Of a DNA stretch of 64,000 nucleotides, positions 19,532 through 30,913 are shown in pieces. The stretch is from assembly GCA_963789265.1 (NCBI GenBank), contig CAWBKB010000001.1, positions 1,632,001 to 1,696,000 on the forward strand, in the 5' to 3' direction. Position 1 is the stretch's first letter; each line of letters opens with the position of its first letter. The notes under the pieces are model-generated. The model had not been told where the DNA came from. It saw only the letters and a program-made list of their open reading frames with translations, and searched no databases. The position numbers and the translations under genes are program-made. The DNA is from an uncultured delta proteobacterium. GTDB taxonomy: Bacteria; Desulfobacterota; Desulfomonilia; Desulfomonilales; Desulfomonilaceae.

Positions 19532-19765
19532 CTAATGCCGGAAAAACCAGAGTAGAGCATTCAGCAGTAAGGTAATGACAATACTGATGATGATACTCGT
19601 CGCCAACGGAAAACGGAACGAGAACCCCGGTCGTTCCACTCTTATGTCACCGGGAAGGCTGCCGAAGGGAATGCCTATTTTTCCTGCCAGCCAAACCAAG
19701 AGCCCGACTGCGATAAGCCCCAACCCGAGCAAAATAATCCATTTGCCTAAAGCTGAGAAATCCAT
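19532..19765 (-). CDS. DUF2905-family membrane protein
   Basis: G.LPGDI...FPLATSI.IS motif. Confidence 0.85.
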   Translation of the reverse strand: MDFSALGKWIILLGLGLIAVGLLVWLAGKIGIPFGSLPGDIRVERPGFSFRFPLATSIIISIVITLLLNALLWFFRH

Positions 19766-19981
19766 AATACAAAGTTACACTCTCTTGCACCCTTGTGCCA
19801 ATGTGCTGCGACGGGTAACCAAATTCGCTATTTATTTGACACAGGGGCCTGGAGTGGGCTGCATCCAAACCTCGCATAGCACCCGGTACGCTACGCGATA
19901 CCTTTACAGGACATGCTGCGCCCGCCCAATTGGAAAGAGAGTTCAAGTCTTGATACACCCTACTCTGAAGGCACCAAATCC

Positions 19982-22474
19982 TTATTCGGAGTCGTCGTCA
20001 CTGCCGTCGCCGCCTCCTTTGACTGCCTCCTCGGCAGCCACCTCGAATTCTTTTATTCCTCGCGCCAGCTCGTCCAGGCGCTGATCCACCAGATAATTGA
20101 TCGTCTCCTCGGGATAATTGCCTTCTGAATCCCTCGCACCAGCAGGAACACCGGTGAGTATCTCGATACCCTCATCAATGTTATCCACCGCCCAAATATG
20201 GAATTGTCCGTTTTTCACCGCTTCCAGGACGTCAGTATGGAGCACTAGATCTCCCGTGTTCAGTCGAGGAATCATGACCCCCTGGGTTCCGGTGAGGCCC
20301 TGGGCGCGACATACCTTGAAGAAGCCTTCTATTTTTTGATTGACCCCCCCTATGGGCTGCACTTCTCCGTGCTGGTTCACACTGCCGGTGACCGCTATTC
20401 CCTGGTCAATCGGCTTTTGAGAGAGTTCGCTCAAGAGGCCGTATAGTTCCGTGGAAGAGGCGGAATCACCATCAACTCCACTGTAAGATTGCTCGAATGT
20501 TATGCTCGCCGTCAGGTTCAGAGGTTTGTCCTGGGCGAAGCGAGCCCGCAGAAAGCCCGACAGTATGAGGACTCCCTTGTTATAGCTCTGCCCTGACAAC
20601 TCGGCTTCTCTCTCGATATTTATGATTCCCAATTTACCCATACTAGTCTTTACCGTGATTCTAGACGGGCGCCCAAATGAAAATTCAGGAAAGCTGTACA
20701 CGCTCAACCCGTTAATCTGCCCCACGCGTTCTCCCTTAGTGTCAATCATTAGGGTGCCGTCTTCTATATACTCCTGAATCTTGTCTTCCATCATATTGAG
20801 GCGCTCGATGCGATCCGCGTTGGCTACTTCCACATGGGAGGCTGCGATTACTGATGAATCAGCTTCACGCGCTCTAAAGTCCGCTTCGCGGAATAGATCC
20901 GCGATGAGCTCAAACCTGGCTGTGAGCTTCTTCTTTCTCCCAGCCCAACGAGTAGCTAGCCTGGCAATTTCTTCCACTCCCGAAGGATCGCACGCCAGCA
21001 GTTCCTCCTCCGAGCAGATACGTGCAACGAATCCGACCAGTTTGGCTATATTTGTCTCGTTGTTTGGCATGGTCAGGTCGAAGTCCGCTTTGATCTTGAA
21101 GGTCTTGCGAAAATCTTCGTCGTACCAATGTAGTAGCTCATAGATTTCCGGATCGCCGACCACAATCACTCTCACCTTGATCGGAATCTTTTCAGGTTTC
21201 AACGCCGTGGTGAAAAGAAAACTGAACGGATCGGTCTGCATCTCAAGCACCTGGTCGCGAAGGCTCCTCTTGAGAGTCGGCCACACTCCCACTTCTATGA
21301 GGAAGTCTCGGGCATTGAGCACGAGGTACCCGCCATTTGCCTTCAAGAAACTTCCTGCCTTGATTTGACGGTAGTCGGATAACCACATCCCGCTGCGATC
21401 CATGACTCGCTCAATCGTGCCGAAAAGATTGCGAAAAGTCGGGGTGTTTTCAATCACTACGCGTGGCTTGGCAGTCTCCGAATTGTCCACGAGAAGATTG
21501 ACCTCATAATCAGCGAACTGGGTAGGGTTGGGAGGAACGATCATGGGCGGGCCGGGGGTTTCCCCTCCGGTTGGGGTTGGAACTATTCGCGGTCGAAACC
21601 TCTCAAGATGATTCATGATGTCAGCTTCTATCTCTTCGAGGTATGTTTTTACGGACTCCTCCGGATGCTTTTCATGTATCGGCGCCATCAAGTCCTTTAG
21701 CATAGGTTGAATCCAATGCTTGGCGAGTTCTTCCAGGTCTTCTTGAATTGTCTTGTCTATGTCTCTGGCTGTTTTGAAAATCTTTTCCATCTCTTGGGAC
21801 AATTCTTTGTATTTTGCCTTGATTCTTTCGAGTTCCTCAGCAGAAAACTTACCTTCTTCCACCAAAGCCTCGAGCTGTTCGATCTTCATTGGATTGCCGA
21901 CGATTACCGGAGCCAGATCGGGACGAGTAAACGGCCCTACCTGCACCTGGACCATCATGAAATTCTCAGCGGAGACCTTATTCTCGAAGTTCTTGAAAAG
22001 GGCCTTTTGAGATCCCATGTGGCGGTTAATGATTTCATTTCGAGCTGATTGAAACTCTTCACTTTCGAATATAGCGGGGACCTTCTTCTTGAGTGAGCCG
22101 ATAAGATCGCTCATCTGCTGTTTGAGAACTATCCCTCGCCCTGCATCCAAAGCCAAAAGTCTCGGCTGGTCCGGATTCTTAAAATTGTTTACGTAGCAGA
22201 GATCCGGTGGTATTGGTCCTCCGACATTGAATTCGTCCAGGAGCTTGAGAACCGTGGCAGTTCGTCCGGTGCCGTTGCTTCCGGCTACAAAAATGTTGTA
22301 GCCGCTACCTTTCATTGCAAGACCGCGCCGAATTGCCTTCACAGCTCGGTCCTGGCCAACGATCTCCTCGTGAGGCTCTACGTCGGCGGTCGTATTCTTT
22401 ATGATCCCCTCCGCCGGCCCACTCCAACTCAACTCCTCCAACGACAACTCCAGCCTGTCTCGCAAACCTGTCAT
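19982..22474 (-). CDS. Lon-like AAA+ protease (peptidase S16)
   Basis: GQDRA, G.NGTGRT, EQSY.GVDGDSASS, IGGVNQKIEGF. Confidence 0.9.
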   Translation of the reverse strand: MTGLRDRLELSLEELSWSGPAEGIIKNTTADVEPHEEIVGQDRAVKAIRRGLAMKGSGYNIFVAGSNGTGRTATVLKLLDEFNVGGPIPPDLCYVNNFKNPDQPRLLALDAGRGIVLKQQMSDLIGSLKKKVPAIFESEEFQSARNEIINRHMGSQKALFKNFENKVSAENFMMVQVQVGPFTRPDLAPVIVGNPMKIEQLEALVEEGKFSAEELERIKAKYKELSQEMEKIFKTARDIDKTIQEDLEELAKHWIQPMLKDLMAPIHEKHPEESVKTYLEEIEADIMNHLERFRPRIVPTPTGGETPGPPMIVPPNPTQFADYEVNLLVDNSETAKPRVVIENTPTFRNLFGTIERVMDRSGMWLSDYRQIKAGSFLKANGGYLVLNARDFLIEVGVWPTLKRSLRDQVLEMQTDPFSFLFTTALKPEKIPIKVRVIVVGDPEIYELLHWYDEDFRKTFKIKADFDLTMPNNETNIAKLVGFVARICSEEELLACDPSGVEEIARLATRWAGRKKKLTARFELIADLFREADFRAREADSSVIAASHVEVANADRIERLNMMEDKIQEYIEDGTLMIDTKGERVGQINGLSVYSFPEFSFGRPSRITVKTSMGKLGIINIEREAELSGQSYNKGVLILSGFLRARFAQDKPLNLTASITFEQSYSGVDGDSASSTELYGLLSELSQKPIDQGIAVTGSVNQHGEVQPIGGVNQKIEGFFKVCRAQGLTGTQGVMIPRLNTGDLVLHTDVLEAVKNGQFHIWAVDNIDEGIEILTGVPAGARDSEGNYPEETINYLVDQRLDELARGIKEFEVAAEEAVKGGGDGSDDDSE

Positions 22475-22663
22475 GATATAACTTCTCCTACAATTTGATC
22501 AACTCTTTGATTTCATTCTTCGTCCATGGGAAAAGAGGGTCTTTTGCCTCCCACAATATGTCTAGTATTTCCTGTTCCGCCAACACGCCCTTATTCTTCA
22601 GGAGCTTCATCGTTTCTACCAGGACCTGTTCCAGATTGAAGCCACGACTGTCTTCTTTCATTT

Positions 22664-23107
22664 CTATTCTCCGCGGCGACGCTGCGAACTCCGCCGAGCA
22701 AGGGCCTGTGTTTGCTGCAAGAAATCACGCAATACCGTAAGCGCCTCGACCTGAATGTCCACGAAACCGACACCCACAGAGAAAGCGTGGCCTGTCACGG
22801 TTGAGCGTCTCTCGTACCATTCCACTTGACCGAGCATCTCTATCGGGCTGAACCTTCTTCCCAGATCCAAAACAATCTCGAGAAAATTGCGAGCGAAAGT
22901 CCCCCCCGAGAAAGACAAGTGGAATCCATCGGCCTCCATCTTCTGCGTCTCAAATATAAGGCCACTTAGGCTTAATGACCGTGTCAATGCCTTGTATTGC
23001 GGCGATCGCCGTGTCGGGTTCTCTCCATGAATAACCGTGTATTTGAACCTAACCTGGATTTCCGCTGCAATCGTTGAATGAATTAGGATGTTGGTTTTGT
23101 CAACCAT
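22664..23107 (-). CDS. PilZ-domain protein
   Basis: TRSLSLSGL, GQVEW, VGVGF. Confidence 0.6.
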   Translation of the reverse strand: MVDKTNILIHSTIAAEIQVRFKYTVIHGENPTRRSPQYKALTRSLSLSGLIFETQKMEADGFHLSFSGGTFARNFLEIVLDLGRRFSPIEMLGQVEWYERRSTVTGHAFSVGVGFVDIQVEALTVLRDFLQQTQALARRSSQRRRGE

Positions 23108-23359
23108 GTATTTCTCTGCTTTTCCGAGGGGCTCCGAGTCCATTGGCCTGTCTGAAATTGGTCGATGGCGAGTTCTCACGGACACTTGAACGTCGAATGC
23201 GTCGTACCAGTGCGAATTCAAGCGAGCAGGGCCTCAGCAAATCTGGGCATGCTGCTACAGGCGGACCTCCTTCACTGCAAGCGCCAACGACGGATATGGT
23301 TCCGCGCAACTTTCCCAGTTGGCTGCCGGCTACGTCAATTGCTACGCGACGCACCCGAA

Positions 23360-23965
23360 TCATCCCCCTTTTCCAGTTCCGAAAAGTATGCGGTCCACGA
23401 CTTCTACGATGGCGTGTCCGATGGTTATGTGAACCTCCTGAATGCGCGGTGTGGCTGCGCCCTCCACATGAAGATAGTAACGGCAGAACTCTTTCATAGG
23501 GCTATCCGCCGGTCCGCCAATGCCTATAGTAATGAGTCCCAGTTGCTCGGCTGCCTTGAGACCTCTGAGCACATTGGGAGATTTACCGGAGGTGCTGATT
23601 CCCATCGCCGCGTCCCCCTTCTTGCCCAGTGCCTTTATCTGTTTTTCAAAGATCTCTCTGTAGTCAAAGTCGTTCGAGATTGCCGTCAAGACGGAGCTAT
23701 CCGTCGTCAGGGCAACGGCCGGGAGTGGGGGCCTGTCCATTATATACCGGTTCACGAACTCGGCTGCGATGTGCTGTGCGTCCGCGGCAGATCCCCCATT
23801 GCCGAAAAGCAGGATCTTGTTTCCTTGGCCCAGCACGCTTGCCAGTATCCGCGTCACGGCTTCAAGGGTCTCCATGTTTGTCTGCAGGAAGCTTTCCTTA
23901 AGTCTTACACTCTCTTCGAAAATCTCCAGGATGCGATTTCTCAAGATCTTGTCCAACCCTATCAA
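23360..23965 (-). CDS. gmhA: Phosphoheptose isomerase
   Basis: GNGGSAADAQH.AAE, STSGKS.N, RIQEVH. Confidence 0.93.
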   Translation of the reverse strand: MIGLDKILRNRILEIFEESVRLKESFLQTNMETLEAVTRILASVLGQGNKILLFGNGGSAADAQHIAAEFVNRYIMDRPPLPAVALTTDSSVLTAISNDFDYREIFEKQIKALGKKGDAAMGISTSGKSPNVLRGLKAAEQLGLITIGIGGPADSPMKEFCRYYLHVEGAATPRIQEVHITIGHAIVEVVDRILFGTGKGG

Positions 23966-24198
23966 GATTTCGGTGCGCCGCTGACCACGTGTCCCAGTTT
24001 TACATTATCATTAAGCCCCGGACAATGAATTTTCTATTGCAACATGTCAAATATATTCTTTTATTATTTCATTGGACATGTCGATAAAGGCGTTTGAAGG
24101 CTCGACGAGACAAAAAAATATTAGCCTTAAACCCGTTGCCTTTGTTAAATTACTATTATCGAGAAGCTTCCACAGGGTATAGAGTAATTGGCTTGGGT

Positions 24199-26198
24199 AT
24201 GACCTTTTCGAAACACGATATCGTAGATTACTATGACAGTCGCAGGATTTCATGCGGGTTAGTCATAGAGGTAGATGATCGGCGGCTTCGTATCCTCAAC
24301 GACCAGGGCAAAGAAACGAAGATATCGTTCAGCCGCGCCCTAATCGCTGGAAAGGACCCATCTTTCCCGTTCGAGGGAAGCCGGGACGAACAGGTAAACA
24401 GGCTCAAGGAGATTAACTCTCGGAGGGAGGAAATCAAGACGCGTATAGACCTTCGGGAACTCTGGGATGTCGTCGGCCTAGAAACGGGTGAAATCGATAT
24501 TGAAGATCTGACCGAGCTCTTTTTCGGTAGCGCACACGATCCTAACTATGCGCCTTCGCTTCTTAGGGCAATTTTCGAGGACAGGCTCTACTTTAAGATC
24601 CGCCCCGACAAAATTGAAGTGCCCAGACCGGAGCATGTCCAGCAAGCCCTGATCCAAAGAGAGAAGGAAAGGGATCGAACAGCCTTTATAGCTCGTTGCT
24701 CCGAATTCTTGGCCCGGTTTAAGGAGACCGAGAGAATAGATGTTCAGGAGGCCCCGGAAGGACTCATACCTCTGTTGGAGGAGGCAGCGCAATATGGTCG
24801 GGATTGGCCTACGCTCAAGGCCGTAAAAGACATTTTTGCGCAAGCGGGCTTGTCTCAGAAACCTGGATCCTTTCCGAGTGCTTGTCAAACTGAGTGTCTG
24901 GCCGGAGGATGAGAACGTAAGCCTGCGGGCCGAAAAGATTCCTGTGGAATTTTCTCCCGAAGCGGAGGCAGAGGCACGCGAGGTTGCAAATAGACCTGTG
25001 CCCGATTCGGTCGAAGATCTTACCGGCGAGGATCTCATAACCATCGACTCTGTCTTTACTCGAGACGTGGATGATGCACTGTCCCTTCGTTTGGAGGGCG
25101 ATGGAGCGGTTATCGGCATTCACATCACCGATGTTGCTTATTTGGTGGATCATGATTCCATGCTCGACCGGGAAATCCGCGAGCGAGGAACCTCCATATA
25201 TCTCCCGGATATTACAATCCCCATGATCCCGCGGGTTCTTTCCGAGGGAGCGGCGAGCCTAGTGGTGGGAGAGGTCCGGCCGGCCATAAGCCTTATGGTC
25301 AGGCTGAGCACCGATTTGAAGCCCGAGGATTTTACAATCCTCCCTTCTAAGATCTGCGTGAAAGAGCGCCTCTCTTACGAAGAGGCGGATAAGAGAATAT
25401 CAATTCGAGGTTCCAGGGAAGCGAAAATCTTCGCAATCGCTAATTCTCTTAGGGAGGATAGAATTGCCTCAGGAGCTCTCATCTTCAAGGATCCTGAACT
25501 ATCCGTGCGTGTGGATCGCGACAAAAAAATCGAGGTGGCTTGCAGAGACAGGGAGAGTCCGTCGCAAATCCTTGTATCCGAAATGATGATCCTCGCGAAC
25601 AGTCTCTTTGCCCGTTTCATGAAGGAACGTAACCTTCCCGGCCTGTTTAGGAGCCAGCCTCCTCCTCTGGAGAAGATAGACCTCGGGCCCGACTACGACC
25701 CCGTCTTGTCCTATCGAAGCAAGAAGGTTTCTGGCCCGCGGGGACCTTGGCACTGAACCGGCGCCCCATTCCACTTTGGGCCTGACCATTTATACAACCG
25801 CTACCTCGCCCCTACGTCGGTACCCGGACCTTTTGGTCCAGAGACAGCTCAAAACGGCCTTACAGGACCGGCCTTCGCTCCTGGGCCGAGACGAGTTGGA
25901 GAGCATCCTCGCCCAAATAGGCTATTCACTCGAACGTGCCACCCTCCTGGAGCGGGAACGCACGCGGTATTTCCTCCTGAAGTACCTGGAGCAGAGGAGG
26001 CACGAAGAATTCGAGGCTGTGGTGCTGCAACGTTTCCCGAGGTTCTATCTCGTTCAAATAACTCAGTACGGTTTTAATGCTGCTTTGATCACCTCGAGCA
26101 ACGTTTCGCTAAATTCTTATGATCGGGTTATAATACGCGTTGAGAAAATCAACCCCAGGGACGACAAACTTACCTTGTCCCTGGTAAAACTATTGTGA
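24199..26198 (+). CDS. RNB-domain exoribonuclease (RNase II-like), +1 frameshifts near 24859 and 25729
   Basis: TIDS..TRDVDDALS, HITDV, SEMMILAN, TSPLRRYPDL spread over three frames. Confidence 0.85.
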
Positions 26199-26202
26199 AG
26201 TA

Positions 26203-29200
26203 ATGGCGGACGAAAAAGTAATAATAAAGATCACCCCTACTCCTGCGGTCCAAGATATCTCCCGGATGGATTTACTCAGACTGTCGCGAATGACCGGACT
26301 GGCCCCGGAAAAGGTCAACCAGCGGATCTCGACCGGCAAGGGGATCGCCATCATTACGCGCATGCACCCGAAGGTGGAAGAGGTAGCCCAACTCCTCAGG
26401 CGGATCGGCTTTTCCGTTACCACCGGACCCGTAGAAAACCACAAAGACCTACTCACTTCTCCGCGCGCGTCTTCGCCTGCGCAGGTGCATGAAGAGAGCG
26501 AATGGAAGGTTGGTGAGGTCATCGAAAACCTCTATGAAGTCCGGGACATCAAATACGGAGGAATGGGGGCTGTCTATCTGGTTCGCCACCGCCGATGGGA
26601 CATCATGATGGCCGTCAAGTCGCTGCTTAGCCGCTTACGTGAAATTGAAGAGGATCGAGCTCTGTTCCTAAAAGAGGCGGAGACATGGATAGACATAGGA
26701 TTTCATCCCAATATTGCTTCCTGCTACTACGTGAGGAACATCCAGGACAGTCCTAGAATCTTCATTGAGTACGTTGACGGAGGTGCCCTGAATGAATGGT
26801 TGGCTCGGCATAGCCCGGTGGGGTGGGACCTAATTCTCGATCTGATGGTCCAGTTCAGCGACGGCCTGGAACATGCTCATTCCAAAGGGCTGGTTCATCG
26901 AGACGTAAAGCCGGGCAATTGCATGTTGACCAAAGACGGCGTCTTGAAGGTCACCGACTTCGGCCTGACCAAGAGACGCGGTCAGTCACAGGGGAGCGAT
27001 CAAACATTTGACCCATCCATTTCGGGAGCGACGATGACGCTGGAGAGGGAATCGGTAACCGCGGCCGGAATGGGCACGCCCAGCTACATGGCTCCTGAAA
27101 TGTGGATTCCCCATTCCGAGGTAGGGCCGCCGGCGGACGTCTATGCCTTCGGAGTGATGTTCTTTGAGATTTGCTGCGGGCGAAAGCCATTTGTCATCCA
27201 GGCCGGGGACAAACGAGCGAAGCTGGGGTTAGCTCATGTGAAGCAAGCGCCGCCGCGTCCTTCCACATTCCGCAGCAATATTCCCCCCGCGATCGAGGAG
27301 ATGATTCTCAAGTGTCTCAGAAAGGACCCTTTAGAGCGCTATGGCTCGTTTCGACAGATAAGACAAGAACTGGCCGGCATATATGAGGATATTTGCAAGA
27401 CACGATTTCCTCGCGAATCTCCCGACGAAGTCAAGTTGTTCTCAGACGCGTTGAACAATCGCGCAGTTTCCCTCATGGACTTGAATCATGAGGAGGAGGC
27501 GGAGAGGGCTTTCATGAGGGCCGTGGAATCCGATCCGCATCACCCCGAAGCTGTGTATAATCTCGGGCTCTTGGAATGGCAGCGCACAAAAAATCCTGAT
27601 AGGGAATTGGTCGTTCGCATGGAAGAAGTCGTGAAAACTCCCGAGTATGTGGGGCGAGGTGCAAATCTGTTGGGCCGGTGCCTGCTCGCTCTGGGAGATG
27701 CGCGAAAGGCTCTTACCGCCTGCGAGCTCTCACTTTCCTCGGAAGATGCGACTGAAGCATGGCTTAAGCATTACGCGATAGCGTTGATCGGCGTGGGCAA
27801 AGAAATTGATGCAATTAAGCATCTTGAGACCTATTTAATCAGTTTTCCAGAGGACGAAGAGGCGGTGGGCTGGCTGATCGGCGCTATGGTACGAAGCGGA
27901 CGCGAGAAAGAAGCTCGCGATAAAATCGGATCTCTGCCGGACCCTTCCGAGATTCGTCACACGGAACTTCAAGAGATCTCGCGGCGATTTTTCTTTTCAG
28001 GCTTGACCGAGACCTTGGTCCTCCGAGGCCACGGCGGTTGGGTAACCTGCCTTGTGCAATCACCGAAATCGAATCTTTTGATAACAGGGGCCCGGGACAG
28101 AACGATCAAGATATGGGATGCCGTTACGGGAGAGGAGTTAAGGACACTTAGCGTTGTCGGCGAGCCGCCCGCGGCCCTGTGGATTTCGCCTGACGAGCAG
28201 CTTTTGGCTATCGCAGCCTCGCTGGGGGACATTCCCGTAAAGATATTGGATCTGCAATCCGGGCGATTCGTGGGACACCTGATTGCTCACGGCGGAGTCG
28301 TCACCGCAGGAGGCTTCTCACCTGACGGCAAACATATAGTGACGGTAGAACAGACAGGCGTGATGCGTTCGTGGGAAGTGGAACACGTCAAGGCCGTAGC
28401 CACCTTCAAGATTCCCGCACACACCTCCGCAGCCATTACCTTCGATGGAAATTCCAAACCGGTTGTGTTCATATCGGGTTTGGACCGAACGGTCAAGAGA
28501 ATACTCCCACTGGATGCCGGAACAAGGGCCTTCGAGCGGGTGCATCGCGAACTGGTCACGGCCCTGAAGGTGGACCGGTTCGGCGAGCATGTCTTGACCT
28601 GTGGGAAGGACAAACAGACGATAACCTGGGATGCTCGTACGGGCAAGGTGATTACCGTTTTCCAGGCCCATCAGGACCCGGTCACGGCATTGGCGCTGTC
28701 TCCGACAGGTGACTTGTCTGCGAGTTACGATCCGAAAGGCGGGATCAAAGTTTGGGACTCCCAAAGCGGTATCGTACACAGGAATTTCCATGCAGGTGAT
28801 GGCGAGGTGAACTGTCTCGAATTTTCATCGGATGGGGAACGACTTTTTGCGGGCGGCAAAGACATGAGCTTGCGAATTTGGGATGTTCGTGGGCGTCCAA
28901 TTTTTCCTAACATGGCTCTGGCGAAGATCCGACCTATTAGGAAGCAGATGAAATCCGACCGCAAATTCAAGGCTATGGTAGACGCGGCCAAAAAAGCCAT
29001 GAAAAGAGGAGCGTTTTCGACCGCCTACTCGATGCTCCGCGAAGCACAGATTCTGCCCGGGTACGAACGCTCGGACGTGACTCTGGACCTGATCGTCCGC
29101 ATGAAGGAGCATGGAACGCGACTCGGCCTTCGCGGCGGATGGATGCGAAGAACATGTGAGACCTCATGCAGCGTGATGGACATTTCATTTTCTCCGTCAG

Positions 29201-30069
29201 CAATCAATTTCCTGACGGCCCAGGCGGATCACACCATACGGCTGTGGAATACCAAGACTGGTGACCGCATCAAGACCTTGCACGGCCATACTAATCTGGT
29301 AGCCGCACTTTGTTTTTCGCCGAACGGTCGCGAAGTCGCTTCAGGAGGAGACGACCGCTCCGTTCGACTCTGGGACCTGCATACAGGCAAGGAGTCCCTG
29401 GTGTTGAAAGGCCACACGGAAAGCGTCAGTTCTGTGGCATATTCTTACGACGGCACGGCGCTGGCTTCAGGATCCTGGGACGGGACCGTCAAACTGTGGC
29501 GCCTACCGGACGGCGGGCTCATCAGGACCCTTAAGGGCCATGACGACAAAATAACGTCCGTGGCTTTTATCCGTGATGGTGAGCAGATAGCCTCAGCAGG
29601 ATTCGAAGGCACAGTCAAGATCTGGGAGGTCCCTTCAGGTAGAGTGTTGCGGGAACTCAAGGGGCATAAACAGCGAATAATGTGTCTGAGCGTATCGCCC
29701 AAGAGCAATTTCTTGGCCAGCGGCTCAATGGACGGCACTGTCGGACTTTGGGACATCCGCCGAGGATCATTGATAAGGACACTGGAAGTCGATAAGAGCG
29801 GCGTTAGAGCGGTCGCATTTTCACCGGACGAAAACTTCCTGGCCACCGGGGGTAACGACACTGTTTTGAGGATATGGAATGTGCGGACTGGCGAATGTCG
29901 GAGAGAATTTCAGGGGCACACACGCGAAATTACCACTCTGGACTTCTCGTCTAACGGGCGTTTCGTAATCAGCTCGTCAATGGACGGCAGTGTCATGATT
30001 TGGGAGCTGGACTGGGAATGGCGGTTCGATGACAAGAAGGAAATGAAGACGTCGGAACCCTCTTCTTGA
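26203..30069 (+). CDS. Ser/Thr protein kinase with TPR and WD40 repeats
   Basis: GGMGAVY, HRDVKPGN, DFG, APE; TPR segment; many GH...WD repeats. Confidence 0.92.
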   Translation: MADEKVIIKITPTPAVQDISRMDLLRLSRMTGLAPEKVNQRISTGKGIAIITRMHPKVEEVAQLLRRIGFSVTTGPVENHKDLLTSPRASSPAQVHEESEWKVGEVIENLYEVRDIKYGGMGAVYLVRHRRWDIMMAVKSLLSRLREIEEDRALFLKEAETWIDIGFHPNIASCYYVRNIQDSPRIFIEYVDGGALNEWLARHSPVGWDLILDLMVQFSDGLEHAHSKGLVHRDVKPGNCMLTKDGVLKVTDFGLTKRRGQSQGSDQTFDPSISGATMTLERESVTAAGMGTPSYMAPEMWIPHSEVGPPADVYAFGVMFFEICCGRKPFVIQAGDKRAKLGLAHVKQAPPRPSTFRSNIPPAIEEMILKCLRKDPLERYGSFRQIRQELAGIYEDICKTRFPRESPDEVKLFSDALNNRAVSLMDLNHEEEAERAFMRAVESDPHHPEAVYNLGLLEWQRTKNPDRELVVRMEEVVKTPEYVGRGANLLGRCLLALGDARKALTACELSLSSEDATEAWLKHYAIALIGVGKEIDAIKHLETYLISFPEDEEAVGWLIGAMVRSGREKEARDKIGSLPDPSEIRHTELQEISRRFFFSGLTETLVLRGHGGWVTCLVQSPKSNLLITGARDRTIKIWDAVTGEELRTLSVVGEPPAALWISPDEQLLAIAASLGDIPVKILDLQSGRFVGHLIAHGGVVTAGGFSPDGKHIVTVEQTGVMRSWEVEHVKAVATFKIPAHTSAAITFDGNSKPVVFISGLDRTVKRILPLDAGTRAFERVHRELVTALKVDRFGEHVLTCGKDKQTITWDARTGKVITVFQAHQDPVTALALSPTGDLSASYDPKGGIKVWDSQSGIVHRNFHAGDGEVNCLEFSSDGERLFAGGKDMSLRIWDVRGRPIFPNMALAKIRPIRKQMKSDRKFKAMVDAAKKAMKRGAFSTAYSMLREAQILPGYERSDVTLDLIVRMKEHGTRLGLRGGWMRRTCETSCSVMDISFSPSAINFLTAQADHTIRLWNTKTGDRIKTLHGHTNLVAALCFSPNGREVASGGDDRSVRLWDLHTGKESLVLKGHTESVSSVAYSYDGTALASGSWDGTVKLWRLPDGGLIRTLKGHDDKITSVAFIRDGEQIASAGFEGTVKIWEVPSGRVLRELKGHKQRIMCLSVSPKSNFLASGSMDGTVGLWDIRRGSLIRTLEVDKSGVRAVAFSPDENFLATGGNDTVLRIWNVRTGECRREFQGHTREITTLDFSSNGRFVISSSMDGSVMIWELDWEWRFDDKKEMKTSEPSS

Positions 30070-30151
30070 CCATATATTCTCGGAAATCCGCGCTGAAGAA
30101 CCGGCCCAGGATTCGTTTTTCCCGAAAAACACCGATGGATTGACAGGCACT

Positions 30152-30796
30152 ATGGAAATGACCGACGAAAAAGATCCGTTATGGACTCTACCCTGTTTTG
30201 AGGTGGAGCTGACTAAAATGCTAAAGTCCCGCAAGAAGAGGACACTTCCTCCTGACGGGATGATCACCGCCGCTGTCCTCGTTCCACTATTTACCAAGAA
30301 CGGTCAACCGCACATTCTTTTGACTCAACGTTCCGACTTTGTTGAACACCACAAGGGAGAGATTTCGTTCCCTGGCGGAAAGCTGGATCCCGCAGATCCG
30401 GATTTCCTTGCGTGCGCTCTTCGTGAGACCGCAGAGGAGGTGGGGGTTGATCCTGAGGATGTACGGATCGTAGGGGAACTGGACGATTTCTACACAGTAG
30501 CAACCGGTTTCCTCGTTGTCCCCTTTGTGGGCTTGATTCCGTATCCGTATGAGTTCCGGCCAAGCGCCCGGGAGATTGCCGGGCTCCTGGACGTTCCCCT
30601 GGAAGTATTCTTCGACCCCACTCGGAGGAGGGAGGAGACGTGGATAATGAAAGGACAACCTAACCAGGTGATTTTCTATGATTGGCATGGACATAACATC
30701 TGGGGCGCCACAGCACGGATTCTCAGACACTTCACCGAACTGGTGGAGGAGTGGCAGTCCAATCGCCACCTTGGAGACAACTGCTGCCCCGAGTAG
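30152..30796 (+). CDS. Nudix CoA pyrophosphatase
   Basis: AAVLVP, H.GEISFPGG, ALRETAEEVG, IWGATA. Confidence 0.9.
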   Translation: MEMTDEKDPLWTLPCFEVELTKMLKSRKKRTLPPDGMITAAVLVPLFTKNGQPHILLTQRSDFVEHHKGEISFPGGKLDPADPDFLACALRETAEEVGVDPEDVRIVGELDDFYTVATGFLVVPFVGLIPYPYEFRPSAREIAGLLDVPLEVFFDPTRRREETWIMKGQPNQVIFYDWHGHNIWGATARILRHFTELVEEWQSNRHLGDNCCPE

Positions 30797-30913
30797 GTTA
30801 TTCCTTCAAACTGTTTGTACCGGTGCGCGATCAAACGGTGAACAATCAAAGAAATACAGCCCGGAATTTGCCTCTCGCGCGTAGGGCTTCATGAATGATT
30901 GAGGGTACCGGAC

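Noticed and set aside
23165..24028. 287-aa plus-strand ORF
   Set aside because: Antisense shadow of gmhA
24199..26198. True pseudogene calls for RNase II, nitroreductase, cusB and cusA
   Set aside because: Single-base insertions in recurring contexts with otherwise intact motifs favour sequencing error
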